A stretch of DNA of 64,000 nt from Sedimentisphaerales bacterium (GCA_963666285.1 OY762711.1), one strand, 5' to 3'; positions 31,447 through 40,958 are shown, numbered from the stretch's first letter. The notes: generated by a model not told the origin, from the letters alone. Numbers and translations: made by a program.

Positions 31447-32928
31447 TCAAATAAGTACCTTTGGTACTTTTCCTTTGATTGCTTCCAAATTCTTTTGCTC
31501 CATAAAGCAGTTTTTCATCTCAACAAGCTTAAGTGTCGGCTCAATTTTTACACCTAACTCATCCCCAAGATTCACAAGTTGCTCTTTTGTATATAATTTC
31601 AGAAATTCCTCATTCATTGAGAAGTGTTTTTCCCAATCTAAGCCAAAAGCTTTTGAGCTTTTCTCTGTTTCAGAAAAATCTAAGTCATACATCGCAACCT
31701 TTGATATTTCAACATACATCTGATCAAGCTTCGCTTCATCTTCTCCATAAAATATCTTCATGAATTTATCTGAATAAGGTGAAAAGCAATAGCCAAATAT
31801 ATTCTTAAACTGCTTTTCAATGCTAGCACGATAATTTTTCAATAGCTGATACAAGCATAGGACTTTAACTTGCTTCATGCCGTTTTTAGCAAGACCGCTC
31901 CCGATCTTTTTCATTTCATCATATTTATAGGCATGTATTCGAGACTTTAGCCGTTGCTCTTTTGTGGCAGTCAATTCCTGTTTTGGTGGTTCATTGTTCT
32001 TGAAAATTGGTTTAATAAATTCCCTGACTCTTCCACGCTCATCAACGCTAACTAAATATGATTTTGGGTTTCTCTCTTTACGAATTGCTCTAATTTCTGC
32101 TTTAGTTAAAATTTGTTCTGCTCGCCATGAATCTGTATCAACAAATCCTTTTGGTGTTTGGTAGTATTCTCCTTCCCATAACACATTCGCATATTCTTTC
32201 CGTTTAGATTTCACAAACCCACTTACTTTATTATAAAAGCACTTTTGGTTCATACATTTACCATTCAAGACTTTACCAGTTTCAAACAGTTCTGATTGAA
32301 CAGAACCATTAAACTGACAACCTTTGCAGTCTTTAGTATCAAAACACGCATCGGCTAGTGTTTGAGAAAAACTTGAATACTGTAACGCTGTTTTTGCTCG
32401 TTCAACGCTGTGTTTATCTGTAATGATTACTTTTAGAAATTTCCTAGCTTCTACATTATTCATTTTCGCTAAAAGTAAAGCGTGTCCAATTTTGATTTTA
32501 TTTTGAATAATCGCATCCTTTACCGTTTGAGAAAGATTAACAATTAATATCCTTCTTTTAACATAATCGACAGGCTTTCCAAGTTTCTTCGCAAGATGCT
32601 CCTCTGTGTGGCTAGTTTCTACAAGATACTTCTTAAACGCCACACCTTCTTCGACAGCATTTAATTCTTTTCGTTGGATATTTTCGATTATCTTTGCTTC
32701 CTCTGTTGCTTCCTTATCTAACTCAATTATCCGTACAGGAACTTTCGTAAGCCCGGCAATCTTTGAAGCACGAAGTCTTCTTTCTCCTGCAATGAGTTCG
32801 TTTTTGTCATTAACAACCAAAGGCACAATAACACCTTGTTCTTTTATAGATAAGACGAGTTCATCAAGTCCTGAAAAATCTGTTCGAGGGTTTCCAATCA
32901 CTTTGATTTTTCCAATTTCTAAATCCAT
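31447..32928 (-). CDS. ParB/RepB/Spo0J-family protein resembling PRTRC-type ParB
   Basis: IAGERRLRA, ENIQR, HTH; Cys cluster CKGCQFN...CMNQKC; GAGGT + ATG at 32928. Confidence 0.88.
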   Translation of the reverse strand: MDLEIGKIKVIGNPRTDFSGLDELVLSIKEQGVIVPLVVNDKNELIAGERRLRASKIAGLTKVPVRIIELDKEATEEAKIIENIQRKELNAVEEGVAFKKYLVETSHTEEHLAKKLGKPVDYVKRRILIVNLSQTVKDAIIQNKIKIGHALLLAKMNNVEARKFLKVIITDKHSVERAKTALQYSSFSQTLADACFDTKDCKGCQFNGSVQSELFETGKVLNGKCMNQKCFYNKVSGFVKSKRKEYANVLWEGEYYQTPKGFVDTDSWRAEQILTKAEIRAIRKERNPKSYLVSVDERGRVREFIKPIFKNNEPPKQELTATKEQRLKSRIHAYKYDEMKKIGSGLAKNGMKQVKVLCLYQLLKNYRASIEKQFKNIFGYCFSPYSDKFMKIFYGEDEAKLDQMYVEISKVAMYDLDFSETEKSSKAFGLDWEKHFSMNEEFLKLYTKEQLVNLGDELGVKIEPTLKLVEMKNCFMEQKNLEAIKGKVPKVLI

Positions 32929-32938
32929 TTTACTAACC

Positions 32939-33121
32939 TCAAAAAGGAGAGCCGAATACCTCGGCAATCTCATCTACAAATCTATCAAGCATCATGCTAT
33001 CCTCCCTTAAACTCATCTTTTGATTATGAGTAAACATTGTGCTTTCTTGATTTTCCGAAAGCTTTTTATTTAAGGATATTATTTCCTTTCCATTGGATTT
33101 ATTTTGTATTTTGTGGTACAT
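32939..33121 (-). CDS. Small hypothetical protein
   Basis: GGAG ribosome site; lies between repeat copy 2 and parB. Confidence 0.4.
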   Translation of the reverse strand: MYHKIQNKSNGKEIISLNKKLSENQESTMFTHNQKMSLREDSMMLDRFVDEIAEVFGSPF

Positions 33122-33187
33122 TTTGAATCTCCGAGTTTATGGGTGTTACCGCACCCATTTACTCTACTTCTTAGTAAGTTTAATCTC

Positions 33188-33222
33188 TTTATATACTCTA
33201 TCCGCACACTTGACCAGTGCCG
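33188..33222 (-). promoter_or_regulatory. Conserved 35-bp upstream repeat, copy 2
   Basis: + strand TTTATATACTCTATCCGCACACTTGACCAGTGCCG. Confidence 0.8.
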
Positions 33223-33294
33223 ACGACAAAATAAAAAAGTAATGGTGATAAATTCGAGATATTGACTTATTAAAACAAAAATCAATCTCACTTT

Positions 33295-34092
33295 TTAGCT
33301 TACCCACTTGTTCAAATCGTCATTATGATACTTTCCTTTTTGTATGACGATATTATTAGTTGTGGTGCGTTCTATTGTTACCTTGCGAATATCATTATTT
33401 CTATAAGATTTATCGATATATTTGTCAGGGTTACATTGTAATTTATTGACTTGTTCAAGCATAAGAACAACCATATATCTATAGTCAGTCAAAATCATCT
33501 GAATCTTACACATTTTGACACATAATGAATCAATGTCACTCCCGACAAACTCAAAGTAATCAAGACCCGCCAAACCAGCTTCTTCAATAATTACTTTTTT
33601 ACATGCCAAAAGCATCGCACCAGAGCCGACGCACGGCTCCATGATCGAACAATTTTTATTATCCACTTTAGCTTTTACTATTCTTTCTTTTACATTACCA
33701 AGATTCATTTTTGCCATCACTTCACAAATATGAAAGGGTGTAAAAAGCTGTCCTAATGCTTTGGATTTGCTAAGTGAAGCAACTTGCATATAAATTTCAC
33801 CTAGATAATCCCATATACAATAATCATAACAAAATGCTTTTATTAACAGTCCGACAATTTCAGAAGCAATTTGAACTGCTCTTTTATCCATCTTGCTAAC
33901 TGCCTGCATGTATTTTTCTTCTTCTTGTTGAAGTGCATAAAGTGCTAGGTCAATAATCTGCTCAAAAGTATTCGCCCAACCACCAAAAAGAGCATAATTT
34001 TTCTCAATCAATTTTATGATTTGCTGAACAGTATCTTTTGCGTTACCAGTTCCTTTAATTGGCTCATCCCAAGATTCGTTTATATTATCCAT
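33295..34092 (-). CDS. N6-DNA-methylase-like protein (SAM-binding half; no NPPY/F seen)
   Basis: LGQLFTP, MEPCVGSGAML, GSDID. Confidence 0.75.
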   Translation of the reverse strand: MDNINESWDEPIKGTGNAKDTVQQIIKLIEKNYALFGGWANTFEQIIDLALYALQQEEEKYMQAVSKMDKRAVQIASEIVGLLIKAFCYDYCIWDYLGEIYMQVASLSKSKALGQLFTPFHICEVMAKMNLGNVKERIVKAKVDNKNCSIMEPCVGSGAMLLACKKVIIEEAGLAGLDYFEFVGSDIDSLCVKMCKIQMILTDYRYMVVLMLEQVNKLQCNPDKYIDKSYRNNDIRKVTIERTTTNNIVIQKGKYHNDDLNKWVS

Positions 34093-34133
34093 TTTTCACT
34101 ATATCTAAACAATGTGGCTTTATACCACAAAAA

Positions 34134-35033
34134 TTAATTTTCATGTTTTACGTTAAGGATAAAGTCTGCGGCTCTCTGTGCCTTACTAGCCGCCATCATT
34201 ACAAGCCTGTTATCGTTTGATATAGCTTTTTTCCAATTCTCAATATATGCCGCCGAATTTTCTATTGTATCGTTTTCTATTCGAGTATGTCCGCAAAGAA
34301 AACAACTTCCCATTTCTGCCACCAATTCCTCTTTTGCATATTCTCGACTTTCAAGTTTAGATTTTTTCATTACTTCAAAATTTCTATTACATCGGTTTGG
34401 GTGTGCTGTGCTGTGTATCAGTTCATGAAACAAAACACTATAATACTTTTCTTTACAAATGAATTTACTTTTTTGTGGCATATGTATTTTATCTGTTGAC
34501 GGTCTATAGTATGCCATGCCCATCCCTTCATGGTCGATTTCAGGGCAGTTTGGCATACTATTTATTACTTCTTCACATGTCTGTATTGGAGAAAATTCCA
34601 GTTTCTCGGTTTTGGCATCTTCTGGTATCTCTATTCCTTCTACTTGATCAGCATTAAATACTCTGTAATATTTAGGAACTGCAAAAGATCGTCCGACTTC
34701 CTCGCCGTTTTCGTCATCACTTTCAAACCATAACCAGAAAACAACTATTTCAGACTTTGCCCCAGCTTTAACATGTCCGCCTAACTCTTTAACCTGCTTG
34801 AATGTTAGCCAATATTGGCTTTTATATCCGTTTACAATTTGCGAAGCGTTAAGTAGCCAAGTGTTAATCCCTCGATACTTACGACGAGTTGTTAAGTTTT
34901 GTGGGAGTTCGTCATCATTCCAAGGTTGTTTCCAGGGAACGCAACCTTTATTTAATAATTCTAAAACTCTGTCTGTAATTATTTGATAAACATCTTTTTT
35001 CGGTTTTCTGGTATTATCTCTTTTCCCTTTCAT
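34134..35033 (-). CDS. ardC: ArdC-family antirestriction protein (ssDNA-binding + zincin-like domain)
   Basis: VPWKQPW, YRGIN, WLTFKQ..GG.V..G, VFNADQ, HELIHST, YAKEELVAE. Confidence 0.93.
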   Translation of the reverse strand: MKGKRDNTRKPKKDVYQIITDRVLELLNKGCVPWKQPWNDDELPQNLTTRRKYRGINTWLLNASQIVNGYKSQYWLTFKQVKELGGHVKAGAKSEIVVFWLWFESDDENGEEVGRSFAVPKYYRVFNADQVEGIEIPEDAKTEKLEFSPIQTCEEVINSMPNCPEIDHEGMGMAYYRPSTDKIHMPQKSKFICKEKYYSVLFHELIHSTAHPNRCNRNFEVMKKSKLESREYAKEELVAEMGSCFLCGHTRIENDTIENSAAYIENWKKAISNDNRLVMMAASKAQRAADFILNVKHEN

Positions 35034-35084
35034 TTTTATCACGTTAAGCCTTACTTGGCTATAACATATAAGAGATAAGTGACC

Positions 35085-35119
35085 TTTATATACCTCATCC
35101 GCACACTTGTCTAGTGACC
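35085..35119 (-). promoter_or_regulatory. Conserved 35-bp upstream repeat, copy 3 (upstream of ardC)
   Basis: + strand TTTATATACCTCATCCGCACACTTGTCTAGTGACC. Confidence 0.8.
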
Positions 35120-35426
35120 GAATACATTAACACGACTTATTAAAACTATATCCGAGAAATTTCGCATATAATCAATATCGTTCATTAAATAATTCCATCA
35201 TATAAACGAATAATGACGTGAAGACCTTTTGGTACATAACATATTTTTTCTTTCCAAGCCCCCCGATTCTTCTGGGGGTTGGAAGAGCAAAAATCTTATT
35301 AGAAATGAAGCGAGTGCAAAGCACTTTCTATAGTCAAAACATGGGTAGCGTTTCAATTACATTATTATTTTAACCTTCCATCTTATCTCATAAATATTTA
35401 TAAACATTTGTTGCAAAAGCAACTTT

Positions 35427-36215
35427 ATGATTTCCACTAGAAAACTAATAAGTCACCTTAAGTCTTTGCCTTCAGTTAAAGGGCTTGCCTATGCAGGAGG
35501 AAAATCAAAAGGATACTTTGACAAACATTCAGACATTGATTTAATTGTCCTAATCGACGGAGGCAATCCTAAAACCTTTTTTGACAAATATGTACATACT
35601 TTGGATATAGATGTTAGCCCGCATCCACATCTGTTTTCAGAATTAAAAGTAATTCCTATCAGAACCAGTTCTGATGACCTCGATTTCAAAATTATTACTG
35701 TTAAAGAATATAGTAATATTGCCAAAACTCCATCAGGCGACTTGTTTATTGCATACACCAAAGATATTAAAATAATATATGATCCAGATGGCATCCTAAA
35801 AACTGCAAAATATAAGAAAGTAGATGAAAAAAGTTCCAAGGAAGCTCTTAAATGGATCATTGCTCTTTTAAGGGCTGAACAAATGATGGAGGTTCTTATT
35901 GAAAGAGACGATCATGTCCATATAAATAATGCATTTTCACAAATAATTGTTCAAACAGTAAAGATTGTATATATTTTGAATAAAAAACCGTTCCTGTCAA
36001 CGAAATGGTCTACAAGGGACATTGCAAAAATGAAAATTAAGCCCAGCAACTTTGATGAAGAATTAAGGATTCTAACTCTTCTCGGAAATTCTCCTGATGA
36101 AGTTAAAACCAAAGTTAAAATCATCCAAAAAGTAAGCAATGAATTATACGCTTTAATTCAGAAAATTGATCCTTCAATTGACAAAGTTAAAGAATATGCT
36201 GGCTGGAGATATTAA
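35427..36215 (+). CDS. Nucleotidyltransferase-domain protein with helical C-terminal domain (DUF4037-like)
   Basis: GGKSKG.FDKHSDIDL motif; TTTATAAA ~25 nt upstream of the ATG. Confidence 0.75.
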   Translation: MISTRKLISHLKSLPSVKGLAYAGGKSKGYFDKHSDIDLIVLIDGGNPKTFFDKYVHTLDIDVSPHPHLFSELKVIPIRTSSDDLDFKIITVKEYSNIAKTPSGDLFIAYTKDIKIIYDPDGILKTAKYKKVDEKSSKEALKWIIALLRAEQMMEVLIERDDHVHINNAFSQIIVQTVKIVYILNKKPFLSTKWSTRDIAKMKIKPSNFDEELRILTLLGNSPDEVKTKVKIIQKVSNELYALIQKIDPSIDKVKEYAGWRY

Positions 36216-36243
36216 AGTAGGCTGTTAACTGCCTTTATCTTTT

Positions 36244-36570
36244 CTAATCCTTTAGGTATTCAGGATATTCAAATTGTAACTGACTTTTTGCGAAAGGGCA
36301 TAATCCACGAACTAAGCCTTCAATAGATTCAGAATTAAGTCTTTCCATTTCATAATCTAACTCCATATTATTTTGATATTTAAGAGGTATTCCATTATAT
36401 ACATTAGTTTTCAAATTCGCTGATACAGCTCCATCTATATATCCTTGTATATACATCATATGCTCTGGTTCTAAAGGAAATACCCCAATCGCTGCATTAT
36501 GATAGTATAAAAACGTATAAGTATCCTTAACCTGTGCCAGGTATATATCGCTATTGCTCACTGAAGTCAT
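36244..36570 (-). CDS. Hypothetical protein
   Basis: ORF with an archaeal-type TATA (TTTATAAA) ~25 nt upstream. Confidence 0.55.
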   Translation of the reverse strand: MTSVSNSDIYLAQVKDTYTFLYYHNAAIGVFPLEPEHMMYIQGYIDGAVSANLKTNVYNGIPLKYQNNMELDYEMERLNSESIEGLVRGLCPFAKSQLQFEYPEYLKD

Positions 36571-36609
36571 AAACAAAGGTAATTTTCCTACGTTTATAAA
36601 CCTTATACA

Positions 36610-38028
36610 TCATTCAATAGAATACATCTGTACTTTCTGCCAATATGGAAATCTGTGTGAATCATCATATATTAAACCTCGTTCCTGTTCAAGATAGGAC
36701 AAGTACCCACTATCAACCCATGTGTTAGGGAATCTAAAAGGCACTTTTCTTTCCTTGCCGACAGGCTTAAGTTCTACATTAGCATTTTTAGCTGCAGATT
36801 CTGCTTCAGGTATCGCCAAATGTGAAAACTGTAAATATGTCTTTTTACCAATTATCTTACAGCGTTCAATAATATCGACAAGTAAATCAGTTCCGGCAAC
36901 AGTGGTTTTCAGTTTTAACTCTTCAAACTTATCTAATACTGGCAGATACGGTGGATTACAAACTATTAAATCATGTTTATTAAAATTAGTATTCAGCTTA
37001 GATGTAAATATACCAAGTTCAGATTTCAAATTTACATGCTTGTACTTTGATTTATTTAGATGCCAGTTTGTTACTCCATACAGATACGGCAATAATAACC
37101 AATCTGATAGAACAACCTCTTTAATGTTGGGATTTTTACTGGCAAGCATTATCCCTAAAAACCCTGTTCCAGAACCCATATCAAGCACAGAATTATATCT
37201 TTCCTCAAAGACACCTTCTTCTTCAAGAGTGTTTAACATGTAAAATGAGTCAATTGATGGAGGCCATAGCGGGTCTTCGCATTTCCAATAGAATTTAAGC
37301 CCTTCATACTTAAACATTACATGCCCATATACAAAATTATAATGTACATCTTTACCATGAGGGCTACTGTGTATCTGGCATTCATATTTCTTTGATGATG
37401 GTGTTGGAATGCCACAATGACAATCCCACATAACCAATGGCTTTTTTACTGTTATTTGTTTGGTTTTTGAACATGAATATGTGATTCTAGCCAAAGTTTT
37501 TGGAATGGTAACTGTTAATTCCGGTGTTGGAATACTATTTAGAAAAACATCTTCAAGGCTTGCTGTGTAAAAAATATCATTAAAAGCCTTAAACGAGATG
37601 TTTCGCTGCTGTATATGTTTATCTATATAGTCATAGTATTGTTCTTCAATCACTCCTCTTGGAGCAAATTTATGGTCACGGATTAAAGGTAGCAGGTTTT
37701 CGTCTATTTCCTTAAACTGCTTGGCATAATAACTAAAACTGGCTGACACATATTCTTCAGCATTGTCATTAGAGCTTGAAAGTTCGCTAAGTGTAACACC
37801 TAATGCAGCAGTCAATTTCTTTAATGTATTTCCATCGTATCGCTTTTGGACATTACTCAGACTTTCAATCTTTTTAATTGTTTTTTCACTGACACCTGAC
37901 TCATAAGCCAAATCATCGACAGTCCAGTTTTTGCGTTCTCGTAAAGTCTTAATCCTGGCTTTTATATCAGGAGTTATATCAACTCCACGACTACCAGTAT
38001 CTTTCCCTATCTTTCCATTACTTTCCAT
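36610..38028 (-). CDS. XRE-family HTH fused to a HemK/PrmC-like class I methyltransferase
   Basis: IKTLRERKNWTVDDLAYESGVSEKTIKKIE; WPPSIDS, LDMGSGTG, CNPPY; ATG at 38028 preferred. Confidence 0.85.
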   Translation of the reverse strand: MESNGKIGKDTGSRGVDITPDIKARIKTLRERKNWTVDDLAYESGVSEKTIKKIESLSNVQKRYDGNTLKKLTAALGVTLSELSSSNDNAEEYVSASFSYYAKQFKEIDENLLPLIRDHKFAPRGVIEEQYYDYIDKHIQQRNISFKAFNDIFYTASLEDVFLNSIPTPELTVTIPKTLARITYSCSKTKQITVKKPLVMWDCHCGIPTPSSKKYECQIHSSPHGKDVHYNFVYGHVMFKYEGLKFYWKCEDPLWPPSIDSFYMLNTLEEEGVFEERYNSVLDMGSGTGFLGIMLASKNPNIKEVVLSDWLLLPYLYGVTNWHLNKSKYKHVNLKSELGIFTSKLNTNFNKHDLIVCNPPYLPVLDKFEELKLKTTVAGTDLLVDIIERCKIIGKKTYLQFSHLAIPEAESAAKNANVELKPVGKERKVPFRFPNTWVDSGYLSYLEQERGLIYDDSHRFPYWQKVQMYSIE

Positions 38029-38153
38029 TACTTGCCCTACATCTAATTTGAAGAATTTAATATGATCATATCTGTAATAATGATCAAAAAACCATGATTT
38101 ACAAACAAAAATTATAGCAGATTGGATTCTAGTTACCAATAGAAAACTAACCT

Positions 38154-38729
38154 ATGAACATACTGAAAAAACTCTTTAATACGCCCAAAGCACATACGCC
38201 TTTTGTTTTAGTGCCACCAGGAACAGCCAGCAAACAAACATTAAATGTTGCTTATAGTGAGGAAGAGGCAGATTTGCAGGTAATTGCTAATAGCGGCATC
38301 AGCTTCGGTACTACATCTAAGGTAATAATTGATGAAGACCAGAACACTCATAACATAAAACAGGCTAACTCCTATCTGGTCGGCTCTGCTAAAAAAGTAG
38401 TAAGTTCTTTAGATCAAATTGCAGGCGTTTGCGTATTCTGTGAAAAAGAAACTATCAAGAAATTAAAAAATATTTCTGATGATGAAGCAAGGCTCCTGGC
38501 ATTAGTAGATATTGAGTCTGCTATTAGATGTCAAAACTGCAATTGCTTGATTTGTATTTCACACTCCAAACTAGTCGAAATCGATGGCCAAAGACTGCAT
38601 GTCTGCCCAAAATGCCATAATAAATTCAAGCCTAAATTCGGGTGGTTGAAGGTATTATTCGCCTTTCTATTCTCAGGCTTAATTACTCTATTTTCTGAAG
38701 ATTCATCAAGGGGTGGTTCTCATGAATAA
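38154..38729 (+). CDS. Cys-rich (zinc-finger) protein with C-terminal TM helix
   Basis: CVFC, CQNC..IC.SH, CPKC; hydrophobic tail. Confidence 0.7.
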   Translation: MNILKKLFNTPKAHTPFVLVPPGTASKQTLNVAYSEEEADLQVIANSGISFGTTSKVIIDEDQNTHNIKQANSYLVGSAKKVVSSLDQIAGVCVFCEKETIKKLKNISDDEARLLALVDIESAIRCQNCNCLICISHSKLVEIDGQRLHVCPKCHNKFKPKFGWLKVLFAFLFSGLITLFSEDSSRGGSHE

Positions 38730-40746
38730 TAAAGTCAAGTTTGACAAACTGGAAGCTGAATTAAAAGCATCTGAACTCATATATGAGCCAAGTGTGGCAT
38801 GCCTATTCGGAGTTCTTGAAAACAATTACAATCAAAACAAAAATCAAGCAATCTTTAACTCACTTTATAATCGTTTATCAGCAGTATTAAATGATAATAA
38901 GTATACCGCTAAAAGAGAACCTGATTTCTTTAAGCCATACGCACCTGAAGTATTCTGTAATGATGGTGATATACATGTTAGCACACAACCCGATGGCATC
39001 GAGTACAACATTGATGTGAACGCATTACTTAGATGTTCATTAGTATTAGGTTCACAGGGCAGTGGAAAAAACAGACTGTTAATGACATTACTGATTCAGA
39101 TCAAGACACTATACCCTGCGATCAAAATATGTGTTATCGATTTTAAGAATGGATTTAGAAATTTACATCAAAAAATTAACGCCAAAGCTATCAACTTAGA
39201 AGATCTTAGCTTAACTTTAGACCCGCCTTCTGATATGTCACAAGAGGCTTTTCTATACGAGCTAACCAGTCAAATCGCCGAATCCACAGGCATCATTTAC
39301 GGCGTTGACCTTATAAATACCGCAGCTGAAAGAGCATTAGAAAAAGCAAATGAATTGAAAAATATTACCAAAGCTGATGTCAGCTTATGCCTTAAAGATA
39401 TTTTAGATGAACTCGGTCAAATCCAGACTAAAAGCTATCGTATTGGAGGATATCTGGATGCTGCAAAAACCGCATTATCTTTCTTAATCGGCAAATCAGC
39501 ACTGTTTAGTTGCAGAAAAGGCTTATCGATAAAAGACATTGTCAAGCACAACTGCATAATTAACTGCCGATCTCTAACACATGATACCCAGGCACGCTGG
39601 TTGGTTACGCTACTATTATACTTTTTATTCCAAGAAGCCAAAAATGATGAAGAGAGCAGAACTCTTAAACGTATCATTGTCGTTGACGATGCAAATCGAG
39701 TGCTTCAAAAACAAAAGATGGGAAATACTATAAGTTCTCTCGGTAATATACTTTCTCTGCTTCGTGCTACCGGAACTGCTCTGATTGCGGCCTCGCAACT
39801 GCCAAGCCTTATAAGTCAGGATATTTTAAGCTTGAGTAAATGTATGTTTACTGTCGGTAGTATCAATGGCTCAGAGCATCTTAAAGTAATACAAAACTTT
39901 ATGGGCTTAACATACGACCAAACTAACCAGCTTACACAGTTCAAAAACCGTCAATCGCTTACATATATATCCGGCTCATCTTATAGCAAACCAATACATG
40001 GATTTGTTCCATTCGTTGAAGATTTTCCAATAACACCTCAGCATTACGAGGATTATTCAAACTTAATAACTCCCTGGCAACCATTATCAAAAATGATAAA
40101 AGAAGCTTCAACCCCAACACCTGTAAAAGAAGTTGCCAAAGAGACTCCAAAACCAAATACCACATCAGATCGACTAATCTACGACTGCATAACTTATCCA
40201 TACGAAAAAGTCAGAGAAAGAGTCAAGCGACTCGGCATGTCAGTTCGCATATATGAAACCTCAATGAATGCTGCAATAAATGAAGGTTATCTTGAAAGAT
40301 CTTCCGCTGGTAAAAGTGTCTTTTTAATTGCTACACCAAAGGCGTTTACTAAATACAACATACCTTCTCCATACGCAAGAAGTACATCTATAACTCATGC
40401 TTTTTACACTAATCTTACTGCATATACACTTAAACAAATGTCAAATATTCAAAATGTGAAGACAGAACTTCCCATTGGAGCAAAAGGTCAAACCATTGAT
40501 GTTGTTTGCACTGACTCAGATGGAAAGATGATGGCAATTGAGTTTACCCAGAGCACCTCTAATTTGCTCGCAAACGCATCTAAACTCCAGGATACCGCAT
40601 ATTCCACCATCATGTGGTTATGTAAGGACGCTGCAACTGCAAATTCTGTAAAGGCATATTTTAATAAAAACACTTCATTAAGTGAATCGTTCAAAAGTAA
40701 ATTCAAATTCGTAAACATAGCTAACTTCATGAAAGGAAAGTTTTAA
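38722..40746 (+). CDS. HerA/VirB4/VirD4-like P-loop ATPase with a C-terminal PD-(D/E)XK-like domain
   Basis: Walker A GSQGSGKN; VIDFK; Walker B IIVVDDA; ASQ; C-terminal TIDVV...AIEF. Confidence 0.8.
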   Translation: MNNKVKFDKLEAELKASELIYEPSVACLFGVLENNYNQNKNQAIFNSLYNRLSAVLNDNKYTAKREPDFFKPYAPEVFCNDGDIHVSTQPDGIEYNIDVNALLRCSLVLGSQGSGKNRLLMTLLIQIKTLYPAIKICVIDFKNGFRNLHQKINAKAINLEDLSLTLDPPSDMSQEAFLYELTSQIAESTGIIYGVDLINTAAERALEKANELKNITKADVSLCLKDILDELGQIQTKSYRIGGYLDAAKTALSFLIGKSALFSCRKGLSIKDIVKHNCIINCRSLTHDTQARWLVTLLLYFLFQEAKNDEESRTLKRIIVVDDANRVLQKQKMGNTISSLGNILSLLRATGTALIAASQLPSLISQDILSLSKCMFTVGSINGSEHLKVIQNFMGLTYDQTNQLTQFKNRQSLTYISGSSYSKPIHGFVPFVEDFPITPQHYEDYSNLITPWQPLSKMIKEASTPTPVKEVAKETPKPNTTSDRLIYDCITYPYEKVRERVKRLGMSVRIYETSMNAAINEGYLERSSAGKSVFLIATPKAFTKYNIPSPYARSTSITHAFYTNLTAYTLKQMSNIQNVKTELPIGAKGQTIDVVCTDSDGKMMAIEFTQSTSNLLANASKLQDTAYSTIMWLCKDAATANSVKAYFNKNTSLSESFKSKFKFVNIANFMKGKF

Positions 40747-40958
40747 TGAGTATAAAAAAGATATTTTCAATAGTACTGATTATTCTGTTTTTCATTAATT
40801 TTAACAAAATAGTCCTTAATGCACTCGAACCAATCTATGACTGGTTATGTAATAGCCTATCCTATATCAATCGTTGGGACAAGAATTTTCAATCTATTTT
40901 AGCTCTCATAATCGTAACTGTTTTTTTTGTTCTAATTATCAAACTATTTAGTAAATGA
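40746..40958 (+). CDS. Small two-TM membrane protein
   Basis: Two hydrophobic segments; TAATG translational coupling. Confidence 0.65.
   Translation: MSIKKIFSIVLIILFFINFNKIVLNALEPIYDWLCNSLSYINRWDKNFQSILALIIVTVFFVLIIKLFSK

Noticed and set aside
22469..35042. Type I R-M next to ArdC as a coupled restriction/anti-restriction system
   Set aside because: A probable archaeal/bacterial contig junction near 30,735 separates them, so the adjacency is likely artefactual.
30930..35119. 35-bp repeats as a CRISPR array
   Set aside because: Copies are ~2 kb apart, degenerate and separated by genes; no cas genes or regular spacers anywhere in the window.
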